Virus record (IMG/VR): IMGVR_UViG_3300045971_000981 | Length of the DNA: 64,000 bases | Source: an uncultured virus (IMG/VR IMGVR_UViG_3300045971_000981) | Lineage: Duplodnaviria > Heunggongvirae > Uroviricota > Caudoviricetes | Reading direction: 5' to 3' (one strand) | In this document: positions 47,641 through 57,188 of the stretch, piece after piece | Layout: every line of letters begins with the position of its first letter | How positions within the stretch are numbered: position 1 is the stretch's first letter | The notes under the pieces: generated by a model | The model's database searches: none | Seen by the model: only the letters and a program-made list of their open reading frames with translations | What the model was told of the DNA's origin: nothing | Made by a program: the position numbers and the translations under genes

Positions 47641-49203
47641 TCATTCTGGCTCAACAAACGCTAGACCGTGTTGCACAAGCAACTCAGCAGCACAATCTGG
47701 GGTGATGCCAAACCAAGCCCCGATCGCATCCAAGTTAATCTCACCGTAGGAACTGATAGAGCGCTGCAATGCCGCTTGCAGGGTTTCCGCGTCGGCTTCC
47801 TCGTAGCACTTGGTCAGCGCTGGCAGGATTGGGTAGTGAACACGATCGCGGAAGATTACCGCCAGTTTCCCATCCCGATCCAGTGCCTTAAGCTGGTTGA
47901 ACCGCGCATCAAAAATGTTGCCGATTTTGAGATGATCGACCGTCTGGGAAATAAATCCCCACTCGATCGTGTAGGCACGGTAGAGAGCATTGAGCCTAAC
48001 CCGTTTCGCCTCGATCTCAGCATCTAGAGCACTAGGGTCGCGCTCTAGCTCGATCTGCCGTTGCAGGCAATCGTGCAACCGAATCAGCCAACCAATCAGC
48101 GATCGCTGCTCATAGGTGACAGTCACAGGGTAAAACAGCCCTGGCTGAATCGTGAACCGCTCTGTTTTAGAGAGGACGATCGGCACTGCCTTCTTTAACC
48201 CACGGGTGCTTAGTCCCAGCACCCCATCCAATTCACCGTAGCAAAAGGGATAGCCCTCGGTCTCGCGCAGTTCGTCTCCCCGCAACAAACGAGGCTCACC
48301 AATAAGTGCGATCTTTTCCCGCTTAAGGGCTTTCCTGTGTGCTGGTTCAGAGGCTGGGGGTGCGGAGTGTGGAGTTGGGGGTGCTAAGGTGACAGGCTCA
48401 CTGACGATCTCCTCTTGTTCAGCCTCCAGTCCCGGCTCCGGCTCAATTTCTGGCTCACAGGCGATCGCCCCTGACTCGGTTTCTTGCTGCTCAAGTTGTC
48501 GCCCAATTATCAGCAGGGAAGCTGTCACCACGATCATCGTACCCAGTCTGATGGCAAACAAGTTCCAGGAATAGGGATTCTCAGCCCGCAGTTTGGCGAA
48601 TTCTAGGCTAGCCGCGATCGCCGCTTGCCTCCGCCCGTCACGTTCCAGTTCCTCTTGGGTTGCCGCAAGCAAGTTGTCCATCCAATCAAAGATGCTGGGC
48701 TGGATGTAGCTGGATTTTGGCTTAGACGATTTCGCGCTACCGATCGGCACTACATTCGATTCGGTCCTGGGTGTTGGCTTGGGCACTGACTTCGGCACTG
48801 ACGAAGTAGCAGCCTTTCGCTTTCCACCACCCCCCTTGCGACGGGTAGTAGCGGTCTGCGAAGTCTCTGGCAGATCGTTCATGTTCACGGCGGGGAGTAA
48901 GCTTGTGTCCCCATATTGTCGCGTGAAATCAACGATCGCGCTCCACGCTTCTTGGCTCTGCCTGCACCACCAGCGCGGGTCATCGTTGGTGCGACTGAAA
49001 ATCAGCGTCTTGCCAATAAACTTGCAGATTTGTTCGGGTGGGCTAACTGGGAATCGAATCTCAAACCCATTCAGAGATTGATTGACAGATACGCGAAAAT
49101 CGCGCCAGTCGGTAGACGGTGCGAGTGTTGCCATGATATTTACCCTCGTTATTTCAAAGGATTGTGATTTCGTAATATCGTCCCTGGTCATCCTCGTCGC
49201 CAA
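47641..49203 (-). CDS. Protein whose C-terminus matches the DarB-like middle region
   Basis: LQRQIELE...KRVRLNALY.AY..EWG..S...LKALD...IFRDRV...AL..S...G.INL...LAFVEP; start may be 49134. Confidence 0.65.
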   Translation of the reverse strand: MATRMTRDDITKSQSFEITRVNIMATLAPSTDWRDFRVSVNQSLNGFEIRFPVSPPEQICKFIGKTLIFSRTNDDPRWWCRQSQEAWSAIVDFTRQYGDTSLLPAVNMNDLPETSQTATTRRKGGGGKRKAATSSVPKSVPKPTPRTESNVVPIGSAKSSKPKSSYIQPSIFDWMDNLLAATQEELERDGRRQAAIAASLEFAKLRAENPYSWNLFAIRLGTMIVVTASLLIIGRQLEQQETESGAIACEPEIEPEPGLEAEQEEIVSEPVTLAPPTPHSAPPASEPAHRKALKREKIALIGEPRLLRGDELRETEGYPFCYGELDGVLGLSTRGLKKAVPIVLSKTERFTIQPGLFYPVTVTYEQRSLIGWLIRLHDCLQRQIELERDPSALDAEIEAKRVRLNALYRAYTIEWGFISQTVDHLKIGNIFDARFNQLKALDRDGKLAVIFRDRVHYPILPALTKCYEEADAETLQAALQRSISSYGEINLDAIGAWFGITPDCAAELLVQHGLAFVEPE

Positions 49204-49329
49204 CTATGTTTAGTAGCCCGCGATCTCTGAGTCTGCAAAGTTCTTGCAGCAGCGTCTCAGCACCTTTACCTTTGGGATGATAGATTGTTTTTGGGCTGGA
49301 CAGAACCAGCCCGATCTCCTCAGTGATGG

Positions 49330-49554
49330 TCATGCCGTATCAACTCGTCGTTCCTCCATGTAATCCTCAAACTCTGGGCATTCCTCAACATCAAGCCCGA
49401 ACAGTTCTTGGTATAGCTGCTTAGCGTTGTCACGAATTAGCTCGAATCCGCCATCATGAAAATCACCATCGCCGTTCAACGCCATGTTTGCGTCCGTAAA
49501 AATATTGGCGATAAACTCGCGTAACTGCTCTGCTTGCTCTGTGGTTAGGTGCAT
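49330..49554 (-). CDS. Small acidic protein
   Basis: ORF. Confidence 0.45.
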   Translation of the reverse strand: MHLTTEQAEQLREFIANIFTDANMALNGDGDFHDGGFELIRDNAKQLYQELFGLDVEECPEFEDYMEERRVDTA

Positions 49555-49793
49555 AAAGGTTGACCATCAACAAGGATGGGTTGACGTGTTTCGATCCAGA
49601 CTTTCGCTCCACAGCTCAATGGCTTCTCTGGACTGTAGATAACCGTGGCGACTACATTCCCCTCATCATCAAGAATATCGACTCTATTACCATATTGGTT
49701 AGACTTGCCAGATTTGACGGTAATGACTGGCAGTGCTGCACCTTTAATGTTGGCACGTATATTGTGCTGATTGACGTGAATTCTTGCTAACAT
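49545..49793 (-). CDS. Phage-type hypothetical protein
   Basis: RIHVNQHNIR.N...PVITVK...YSPEKPLSCGAKVWIET motif recalled from phages. Confidence 0.65.
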   Translation of the reverse strand: MLARIHVNQHNIRANIKGAALPVITVKSGKSNQYGNRVDILDDEGNVVATVIYSPEKPLSCGAKVWIETRQPILVDGQPLCT

Positions 49794-50052
49794 TTCGACT
49801 TCTCCTTATGGTTCGTTAATCCCCATCAGCGGATGCAGTTTATAGTTCGTCTCCTGTTGATTTTTCGTCGTGGAAACACCACGGTAGGCTCTGGGCTGCA
49901 TGGGCGATCGGCAGTGCTCTACCCGTGGCAACGATCGCCCAGTAGCGAACAAACATCTTGGCGATCGTTAGCCTTGATTCATGGTCTTGGCAGGAAAGGA
50001 ATCCTGCGAGAATTACGCGGATTGTATTGTCCAAAACGAAATCCTGCCGTGT

Positions 50053-50781
50053 TTAGGTTGCTAAAGATTCATGCCGACGGAAAAATCGGCTATGGCGCGA
50101 TCGTAGCCCATCAAACTCTTCATTCTTGAACCTCTCGTCAGAGAACAACCCGATCGGCGGGTCTGTGGTCACTATCTTGCACGTCCCGTATTGGTATGAG
50201 AACGAATCGTAGCTGGCTGTGACGTGCATCATCACGAGATACTTGCCCAGCCTAACCGCAGACCTAGCCAGGTTGTGGGTCGCATAAGGACCAAGCAGTA
50301 ACTCATGGCGAAAGCTGTCACCCACTGGCTTAAGAACAGAAACATAATAATGCCAGTCTGGCTGGCTGTAGCCCGTCTCCGGGAACCTGCCCGCGTCCCG
50401 CTTAGCGCGAAACTCATGCAGCCGATCGTCCCAAATTTGCTCATGCCTGCGATTTCTGTGGCAATCTGCTTTGAGATATCGCGCAGCATGGTACACCGAA
50501 ACCTTTTTCTGAAAGCGATCGTGCAGTCGCTCAATCACACACATCTCGTAGGGTAGGAATGCGATTACCTGCCAGTCTCTACGGATTTCCTTGTCGCCAT
50601 CATAGAACCGTAGGCGATCGCCCAGTTTCACGCCATGATCCGAACTGATATGCTGTCGTGCTATAAATTCAAACATAGCTCTCCTAGTCTGCCCAAGGGT
50701 CGTTTCCTTGGTTGATATACTCCGCCACTTTCTCCATCCAGGTATTGATAGAAGGCTCACTGCTAACCGGACAGTGAACAT
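50053..50781 (-). CDS. Hypothetical protein (likely start about 50675)
   Basis: ORF. Confidence 0.5.
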   Translation of the reverse strand: MFTVRLAVSLLSIPGWRKWRSISTKETTLGQTRRAMFEFIARQHISSDHGVKLGDRLRFYDGDKEIRRDWQVIAFLPYEMCVIERLHDRFQKKVSVYHAARYLKADCHRNRRHEQIWDDRLHEFRAKRDAGRFPETGYSQPDWHYYVSVLKPVGDSFRHELLLGPYATHNLARSAVRLGKYLVMMHVTASYDSFSYQYGTCKIVTTDPPIGLFSDERFKNEEFDGLRSRHSRFFRRHESLAT

Positions 50782-51016
50782 AGAGAGGGTCTTTCCTTAC
50801 TATGTTGCCGTCCCAATCTTTTAGCGCACAATTCAGCGGTCTAATCTTTGTGCCTTCTACCTGCTGGACAATGACTGTCCACCAACTCGCGTCCCTATGC
50901 TGCAACAAGCAATAGATGTTATTGCCTTGAACTGTTTCGTAGTAAATAAAATCGTTGTCTTTGCCATAGGTGAATTGAACACCTTTGACGACAAGTGTTT
51001 TGCCTATTTTGGGCAT
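50684..51016 (-). CDS. Hypothetical protein
   Basis: ORF with RBS GGAGG. Confidence 0.55.
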   Translation of the reverse strand: MPKIGKTLVVKGVQFTYGKDNDFIYYETVQGNNIYCLLQHRDASWWTVIVQQVEGTKIRPLNCALKDWDGNIVRKDPLYVHCPVSSEPSINTWMEKVAEYINQGNDPWAD

Positions 51017-51027
51017 AGTGCCTCCGT

Positions 51028-51456
51028 CTATAAGGTGTATTCCAGCGATCTGATCCAGGCTTCGCGGCTCTCGATAATCAGCGGTGGTCTAAGGGTCAGC
51101 ATCGGGTGAATTACCTGCGCCTCGCAAAAGCCGATCGCGGTTCGTAAATCATCCCTGAGAAAAACGACCTGATTCCATCGCAGGAGCTTCCGTCCGTCTG
51201 GTGCGGTAGGCGCAGCTTCCTCCCAGTAATTCAGGAGTATGAGGCTGTCCGTGCTGACAACCTCGCTAAAATCGATTTGCAGAACATTCTGATGGCTGCG
51301 GCTCCATTCGTCTTGAATCGTGCCGTAAACAGTAGACGCAACCTCTAGTGTCACCACTCCCCCAGCAACATGCTTGATTGCATATTTCTCTAAGAGGGTG
51401 TAGTTATACAGGGTCAAGAACTGAGCTTCGTTCGTTGTGATTGGTAGCATCTCCAT
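51028..51456 (-). CDS. Hypothetical protein
   Basis: ORF. Confidence 0.55.
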   Translation of the reverse strand: MEMLPITTNEAQFLTLYNYTLLEKYAIKHVAGGVVTLEVASTVYGTIQDEWSRSHQNVLQIDFSEVVSTDSLILLNYWEEAAPTAPDGRKLLRWNQVVFLRDDLRTAIGFCEAQVIHPMLTLRPPLIIESREAWIRSLEYTL

Positions 51457-51545
51457 TAGTTATCCACCTCGCCGAAGAACTGTTCCATAGCATTAATCAT
51501 TGTCCTATTCCACTCCTTCAAGTTGGTTAACTTGCAAACATACGA

Positions 51546-52361
51546 CTATTTCTCCTGCTGGTTCTCTTTTTCTTGCTCCAGAAGGCACAGTGCCCAGACC
51601 GCATCTTCGATCAGCCCGATTCCCCGCTTCGATGAAAACGCAGACTTGTCGCCACCAAATTTCTCGCTCAACACATGATGGATGCAAAAATCGGCAAACC
51701 GTTTAATACTCAGAGCTTCATCCGCTCGGTTAGGAATCACCCACCGCCCCACAGCGGTACTAGCGCGAACCTGAGCCATCCGTGCCGTGATACGCCCAAA
51801 GACTTCTTGGGAGAGGTCTTCTCCTGTGCTCCGGCTAGATTTAACAACCTCAGAGACTAGAAGCAGTGGCTTCAGAACATTAGTCCGCTCTGGGTTGTAT
51901 TTCTTGGCAGGGCGATAAAACTCCCTAATCATCTGGGTGAGTTGCTGGGGGATGGCGATGTGAGACGGATGCCTAGCAACTGCGGTCAAGGACGCTTCTT
52001 CAGCTACAATCATCTCGCAGTCTAGCTTGGCGAGTCCGATCGCATCCATCGGGGTCATGCCTGATTCTTCCAAATCCTTCCGCCATTCATCAGCAGATTT
52101 AATCTGTTGGCGGATGACAGCCTCTTGATGCTCCTCGAATCGAGAGTATTTGAGCGCTATTCGATCTGATTCGTCTGGATGCGGAGAAGGATGCTGCCCT
52201 GTCCAATCCCATAACAGCACGTCAAACACAAGCTGGAAATTATCAGCGTTGGGAACTACTGCATTAATCAACATGGCTACGTCAGCCACGCAGTCCTCGA
52301 AAGACTTCTCTTCGTTCATTGATGCAGCAAACTTATCTCTTATCTCTTGAAGGGTGGTCAT
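51546..52361 (-). CDS. Fusion: unknown N-domain plus type I-D Cas10d C-terminal (Cas11d small subunit)-like domain
   Basis: LT..IREFYR..KKYNP....VLKP...GEDL...M..V.ASTA.GRWVI.NR..E...I..FA.F....V...FGGD...LI.D....L..LE.EKE matches recalled cyanobacterial Cas10d C-termini. Confidence 0.75.
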   Translation of the reverse strand: MTTLQEIRDKFAASMNEEKSFEDCVADVAMLINAVVPNADNFQLVFDVLLWDWTGQHPSPHPDESDRIALKYSRFEEHQEAVIRQQIKSADEWRKDLEESGMTPMDAIGLAKLDCEMIVAEEASLTAVARHPSHIAIPQQLTQMIREFYRPAKKYNPERTNVLKPLLLVSEVVKSSRSTGEDLSQEVFGRITARMAQVRASTAVGRWVIPNRADEALSIKRFADFCIHHVLSEKFGGDKSAFSSKRGIGLIEDAVWALCLLEQEKENQQEK

Positions 52362-52490
52362 TGTTTTCTCCTTAGCTGGGGTAACATCTACCAGCCCCTT
52401 ACAGGGATTATGTAGCCGCGATCGTGGCAGGTTGTGCAGCCCATCTTCCCGCTAGCGGTATTCGCCCCTGCCACGATTGGATTATATCAT

Positions 52491-53054
52491 CTATTCAGGA
52501 GTGAGGTCTTTTAGGTAACTATTCATCACGATAATGTCGTAATGTTCCTGTGGCATGAGCTTGCAGCTTCCGGTCGAGACGACAATATCACCCTGGTTGA
52601 AAGTCACTTCATCTTCCAAGTCTTCGTTGTCGTCAGGGTCTTCGTACCAGTCCTTGGCGATCGCCTCCATCACGTCGAACGGATCCTGCCCTGGTTCACA
52701 ACGGAAAACAAAGCCGATCGTGTACTCGCCTCCACCTCTGTCCTCATGCATTTGCCCAAAGTAGTACCAGGTCAGAGTCCTGTCTGGCATGTAGCGACGA
52801 AGCACGTCATAGTCATGCTCTGAGATGGGCTGAAAAGATCCAGCCAGAATATCGACTTCACGATCGTTCTCGTCGTTAGGAAAATGTTCTTCGTACTCTT
52901 CCAGATACTCATTCAGGTACACGGCAGCGATCTTATTGAGTATGTCCTCTGGCTGTTTCCCTGAAGAGTCAGAGAAAACAATTTTTATCGTATCTTCAGT
53001 CCTGCCGTTCAGCTCTTTATGGAGTGTCGCGGAATAGTAAGATCTAGATTGCAT
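52491..53054 (-). CDS. Acidic protein with two internal repeats
   Basis: Two similar halves (IA..Y...EHDYDVL and IAKDWY...EHYDII); ATG at 53054 with GGAGG. Confidence 0.6.
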   Translation of the reverse strand: MQSRSYYSATLHKELNGRTEDTIKIVFSDSSGKQPEDILNKIAAVYLNEYLEEYEEHFPNDENDREVDILAGSFQPISEHDYDVLRRYMPDRTLTWYYFGQMHEDRGGGEYTIGFVFRCEPGQDPFDVMEAIAKDWYEDPDDNEDLEDEVTFNQGDIVVSTGSCKLMPQEHYDIIVMNSYLKDLTPE

Positions 53055-53070
53055 GGTAATCCTCCAAAGT

Positions 53071-54183
53071 TCAAATTCTAAACAACCGATCGCGCACCGT
53101 ATCAAACAGCGTATCCGTATCCCCAGTCCAGTTCAGCGCAAACTTGTCACCAGTCAGCTTGTCCAAGCAGGCATCCCCAACCATCTGATCTGGGTGATCC
53201 TGAAAATAACGATTGATTTTCACAGGGGAGCCAGTCTTCCCTGTAACTTCGTGCCACTCATCAACGTTGATCCAGTTGGGCTGGTCATTACTCCGGCTTT
53301 CTCGCTTTCGCAACACCAACAAATCAGTACAGACCTCCGTGCCAGAGATTTCCCTGAAAGTCTGCATGGGCAGTCTCACCGCACCTAGCAGATCGACTTG
53401 AAGGGCAAGGAACGCTCTCCAGCGAGTGTTGGATTCGTTCGCGCCCACACTGTCCAGGGTAGAAGTCGAAGTAATCAGCACTGCCATGGCACCTGGCTTA
53501 AGCAACTGCATGGTCTGATAGATAGCACTGGCATGAAGCCCCACCTTGATATTGACTTTGCTTGTAACCTTGCGCTTCACACCATCCTCGAAGGGGACGT
53601 TGCCCACGGCTAGGTCAAAGTAATTCTCTGGCAGTTGCGGCTCCAGGATGGAGCGGTGGAACCAGTTATCGGTTGGGTGTAGCAGGCTGGCAACTCGTAG
53701 GCTGGTCGGTTCAATGTCTACACCAGAAATACAGGTGGTTTTCTGAAGGGATCTAGGCATGAACAGGGCAAACTGCCCCATTGCACACCCAGGCTCAATC
53801 ACGTTGCCTTGCCAGAAGCCCTTGTGAACTGCATAGTCCCAGATGATTTGAATCAATCTAGGATCAGTCTGGTGCTGGTTCAAGACAACCGACCTAGCTG
53901 CATTGAAAGCGCTGAAACCAAGAGCCTTCTCAAGCTCTTCTCGTAGTTCCTGTTCTGAGTTTGACTGGGGGTTGATCAGCTTGGGTCCGATCGCACCGAA
54001 GCCAGGAAACTTTGTCAGCGCTCTCAGATTCTCAGGGTCGGCGTGGTCTTTGCTGAGAGCATAAACCGCATCAACACAATCGCGGAATCGCTGCAACGGC
54101 TTCCGGGTTAGCAAGTGATCGATGTATGCTTCCCATGCAGTTTCGTCCGGGAATGCTGGGTGGAAAAGATTGCTGTAGTTCAT
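53071..54183 (-). CDS. DNA methyltransferase, N-terminal part of a DarB-like protein
   Basis: FPGFGA...ARSVVLNQHQT, VIEPGCAMGQF, FDLAVGNVPF, LLGAVRLP...GTEVCTDLLVLRKR, INRYF..HP..M.G. Confidence 0.85.
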   Translation of the reverse strand: MNYSNLFHPAFPDETAWEAYIDHLLTRKPLQRFRDCVDAVYALSKDHADPENLRALTKFPGFGAIGPKLINPQSNSEQELREELEKALGFSAFNAARSVVLNQHQTDPRLIQIIWDYAVHKGFWQGNVIEPGCAMGQFALFMPRSLQKTTCISGVDIEPTSLRVASLLHPTDNWFHRSILEPQLPENYFDLAVGNVPFEDGVKRKVTSKVNIKVGLHASAIYQTMQLLKPGAMAVLITSTSTLDSVGANESNTRWRAFLALQVDLLGAVRLPMQTFREISGTEVCTDLLVLRKRESRSNDQPNWINVDEWHEVTGKTGSPVKINRYFQDHPDQMVGDACLDKLTGDKFALNWTGDTDTLFDTVRDRLFRI

Positions 54184-54199
54184 GGTTACCGCTGTTTTT

Positions 54200-54835
54200 C
54201 TATTTCGTCATCTCAAGCTCAACGATCGGAGTCCATCCCGCAGGGGCGATCGTCACCTCGTAGGGAATCTCAAACTCAATACCAAATAGCTTGGCTCGGC
54301 GATCTCCACCGTAATGAACGACCTTGACTGTCTCTCGGCTTATTTCCGGGAAATCTTGCTGGGCAACCTCAAACAGTCGATCGAACTTAGATAACGACGA
54401 TCCATAGTTTTTCTCCAGCACAACGCCGATCGCGGCATCTGTGTACGCTGGATTGCTACTGTTCTGCCTGGTTAGGCGAATTTCTTTGATCATAACCTGC
54501 TCCTTGCACATGATTAGATTGTTCAGTTCCTCCAAGTTTTCCAACAGCGCCAACAACTCAGATTCTTCCGCTTCTGCCCTAGCGATCGCATCCTTAGCAA
54601 GAACAGGTCTGAATTCGGTTGCAGCAAGTATTAGTTCATTCAGCCACGCAGCAGCTTTAAGGGCACTACTCTTTGTGCAAAGAATCGCCCCATCAACGAA
54701 CTTTTTCCCATCCTTGTCTTGACTGACAGATACCTTCCGGAGTACCCAGCCCTCTTCGCTCAATGCGTTTTTACCAGGAACCATCGTCTCGTTATTCTGG
54801 GTCGCAACAACCCAAGTCTTGAGTCTATTACTCAT
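54200..54835 (-). CDS. Hypothetical; probably two fused cassettes (second start at 54493)
   Basis: Internal AAGGAG-N6-ATG and a repeated upstream motif. Confidence 0.5.
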   Translation of the reverse strand: MSNRLKTWVVATQNNETMVPGKNALSEEGWVLRKVSVSQDKDGKKFVDGAILCTKSSALKAAAWLNELILAATEFRPVLAKDAIARAEAEESELLALLENLEELNNLIMCKEQVMIKEIRLTRQNSSNPAYTDAAIGVVLEKNYGSSLSKFDRLFEVAQQDFPEISRETVKVVHYGGDRRAKLFGIEFEIPYEVTIAPAGWTPIVELEMTK

Positions 54836-55093
54836 GATTTCCCTCTGCACATGATTAGATTATTTAGTCCATTTTACTCGATCGACTTCCCCCTAGCCTG
54901 AGCAACAGTCCCCCGCACCGAAACTATGTCATTGACGATCTCCACTCGCACCCGCCCCGTCAACGCCTGCCCAGTCCTGATCAACACAGTCAATCGATTC
55001 ATTGCCTCAGAACGATTCAGGCAGGGGGGTTCGTCCCTAATTTCAGGACTACTTTCCCCCACCCGATACCACACGAAATATCGAGTTCGCATC

Positions 55094-56695
55094 TTAATAC
55101 CCAGTATTCGCCGAGGGCAAATCTGCCCATGCTTGTTCAAGCCTGCTGAACTTTGCCGCTTCCACCACTGCCAGTGGCTTCTTTTTACTGGCTACTGCCA
55201 ACAGCCCATCCAATTCCAGGATGCGACCTTGGCTTTTAGCAGAGATCGCCGCACCCTTGACGATCGCTGCCAACTCTGCCCCAGAGAACAGATGAGTTGC
55301 GATCGCCAGTTCGCCTGCAAATTGCTGAGCCTTTCCACGATCAAGCCTTTTGGCTAGATGCAACTCCAGAATCTCAGCCCTGCCCAGTTCATCGGGCAAG
55401 TCAATCCTGAATATCTCATCGAACCTTCCAGCCCGCAGGAATTCAGAGGGTAACGCAGAGATGTCGTTCGCGGTCGCTACCAGGAACACAGGCTCCGCAC
55501 AGTCGTTCATCCAAGTCAGGAATTGCCCGAACACCCGTCTGGTTGTGCCACCATCATTATCCCCGGCACCCCCAAACATCTTCTCCACCTCGTCGATCCA
55601 TAGCACACAAGGCGCTGACGCTTCGACTAGCGCAAAGATATGAGCTGTCTTGCTCTCAGAACCACCGACGTATTTGTCCAGGAAAGCGCTGGGCTGCAAC
55701 TGGATAACTGGGCAGCCCAGAATCTCTCCAGCCGTTTTCGCTAACAAACTCTTGCCCGTGCCAGGATGCCCAGTCAGAAGGATGCCCCTTGGTCGATCGT
55801 CCCCAGCCTCTTTGGTCAGCAAGGACGATCGCTCGGTTAGCCACTGGCGCAGGTAAGTGATCCCTCCTAATTCCACATCTGGTTCTGATGCGACCAACAG
55901 CCCAGATTGCTTCAGCCGCTCAACTTTGGCATCGTGCAATGCCGCGATCGTGCTCTCGCCCAGTTCACTGTGGGCAGAAATTGCCTCACGAACGACAGAA
56001 CCTATCTGCCGAACAGATGGAAGCCCTTGCGCTGCTCGTACCAACCGCGCCCAGAACTCTGGAGTGTCGGTGTACCGGAACGCTCCCGATTCCCGCCGTC
56101 GATTGGGTAGGTCAACAACCGCCCTGATATGTTGCCCAATCTCCTCGCCTGTGGGGGGCAGAATTTTGATAACCTCAACCCGCCCATTGAGTTCTGGGGG
56201 AATCTCCAGGTTTTCACCAACGAGAATGATCCGCCGTGCCTGTGTGATCCGGCTGGTGGCTAACTCGTCGATCGTCGTCTTCAGAACTCTCTGACGGGCA
56301 AAAGTCGCTGCCGGATCGCCCGTTGCCCCGTTGATATACTTGTGGGCATCGAGCAACACGAAGATGCCACTGTCTCGCTCTTGTCCTGAGTCCCGACGTA
56401 TGCTGTCTTGAGAGCGAATCAGCCCCAGGAATTTATCAGGTGTATTTTGCAGGTAGGTCTCGTCTGTGAAGCTATCAGCCCTGAAGCCGATCTCACCTCG
56501 ATTGCTTGTCGTCACTGCCCGCAAACCGTCAGTCACGTCCCAGACGAAAACATGGGGAATATGGCTGGCTGGGCTGGTGAGGGTGGCAATTCCCTCTAGG
56601 ATTCTAAGTTCCTCACAGGAGGGGCAGTCGATCGCCACTGCCACGCCAGAATTTAACTTGTGAGCGATCTGCTCAAAAATGCTAGTTGTCGTCAT
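55094..56695 (-). CDS. Ycf46-like AAA+ ATPase
   Basis: PRGILLTGHPGTGKSLLAK, YVGGSE, APCVLWIDEVEK, FLTWM, ATAN...EFLRAGRFDEIF..LP, FSGAEL. Confidence 0.9.
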   Translation of the reverse strand: MTTTSIFEQIAHKLNSGVAVAIDCPSCEELRILEGIATLTSPASHIPHVFVWDVTDGLRAVTTSNRGEIGFRADSFTDETYLQNTPDKFLGLIRSQDSIRRDSGQERDSGIFVLLDAHKYINGATGDPAATFARQRVLKTTIDELATSRITQARRIILVGENLEIPPELNGRVEVIKILPPTGEEIGQHIRAVVDLPNRRRESGAFRYTDTPEFWARLVRAAQGLPSVRQIGSVVREAISAHSELGESTIAALHDAKVERLKQSGLLVASEPDVELGGITYLRQWLTERSSLLTKEAGDDRPRGILLTGHPGTGKSLLAKTAGEILGCPVIQLQPSAFLDKYVGGSESKTAHIFALVEASAPCVLWIDEVEKMFGGAGDNDGGTTRRVFGQFLTWMNDCAEPVFLVATANDISALPSEFLRAGRFDEIFRIDLPDELGRAEILELHLAKRLDRGKAQQFAGELAIATHLFSGAELAAIVKGAAISAKSQGRILELDGLLAVASKKKPLAVVEAAKFSRLEQAWADLPSANTGY

Positions 56696-57188
56696 GGCTG
56701 ATCTCCCAGTATCGTAGTCCCAGTTTCTTGTTCCAGTCAGCAACGATCGCCGATCGCTCCGGCTCAGGCAAAACATCCATAGTGAAATCATCGAGCAAGT
56801 CTGCGATCGTTACGTCAGCCGCATCCAGCACCGCTTGCTGCTCAGGTGTGCAGAGATACTTGTTGAAGGCTCTAGAAACAACTTCGCAATCATGATCAGA
56901 GAAGCCCTGGAACATTGTTGTCGATAGCATTTCCCACACCTGTTGTGGGATGTCAACGGTTGGTGTTCCCTGGATCATGGCATCAATCTCTTTTCTGCAA
57001 CCTCGATAGTGCTCTGTGATCACGATCGGATGAGAATGCGCCGCTTCCGCTTCCGTCACCCGCACCGACAATCTCCAAGGCTCTTTTTCAGCGTAGTCCA
57101 GCGCAATTTCAGCCGCTTGCATACCATCCTTAGCTTCGATAATCATGGTCAGGCAGACTGTGAAACACTTGCTCTGTTCTTCAGTCAT
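56682..57188 (-). CDS. Hypothetical protein
   Basis: ORF, coupled on both sides. Confidence 0.55.
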   Translation of the reverse strand: MTEEQSKCFTVCLTMIIEAKDGMQAAEIALDYAEKEPWRLSVRVTEAEAAHSHPIVITEHYRGCRKEIDAMIQGTPTVDIPQQVWEMLSTTMFQGFSDHDCEVVSRAFNKYLCTPEQQAVLDAADVTIADLLDDFTMDVLPEPERSAIVADWNKKLGLRYWEISHDDN

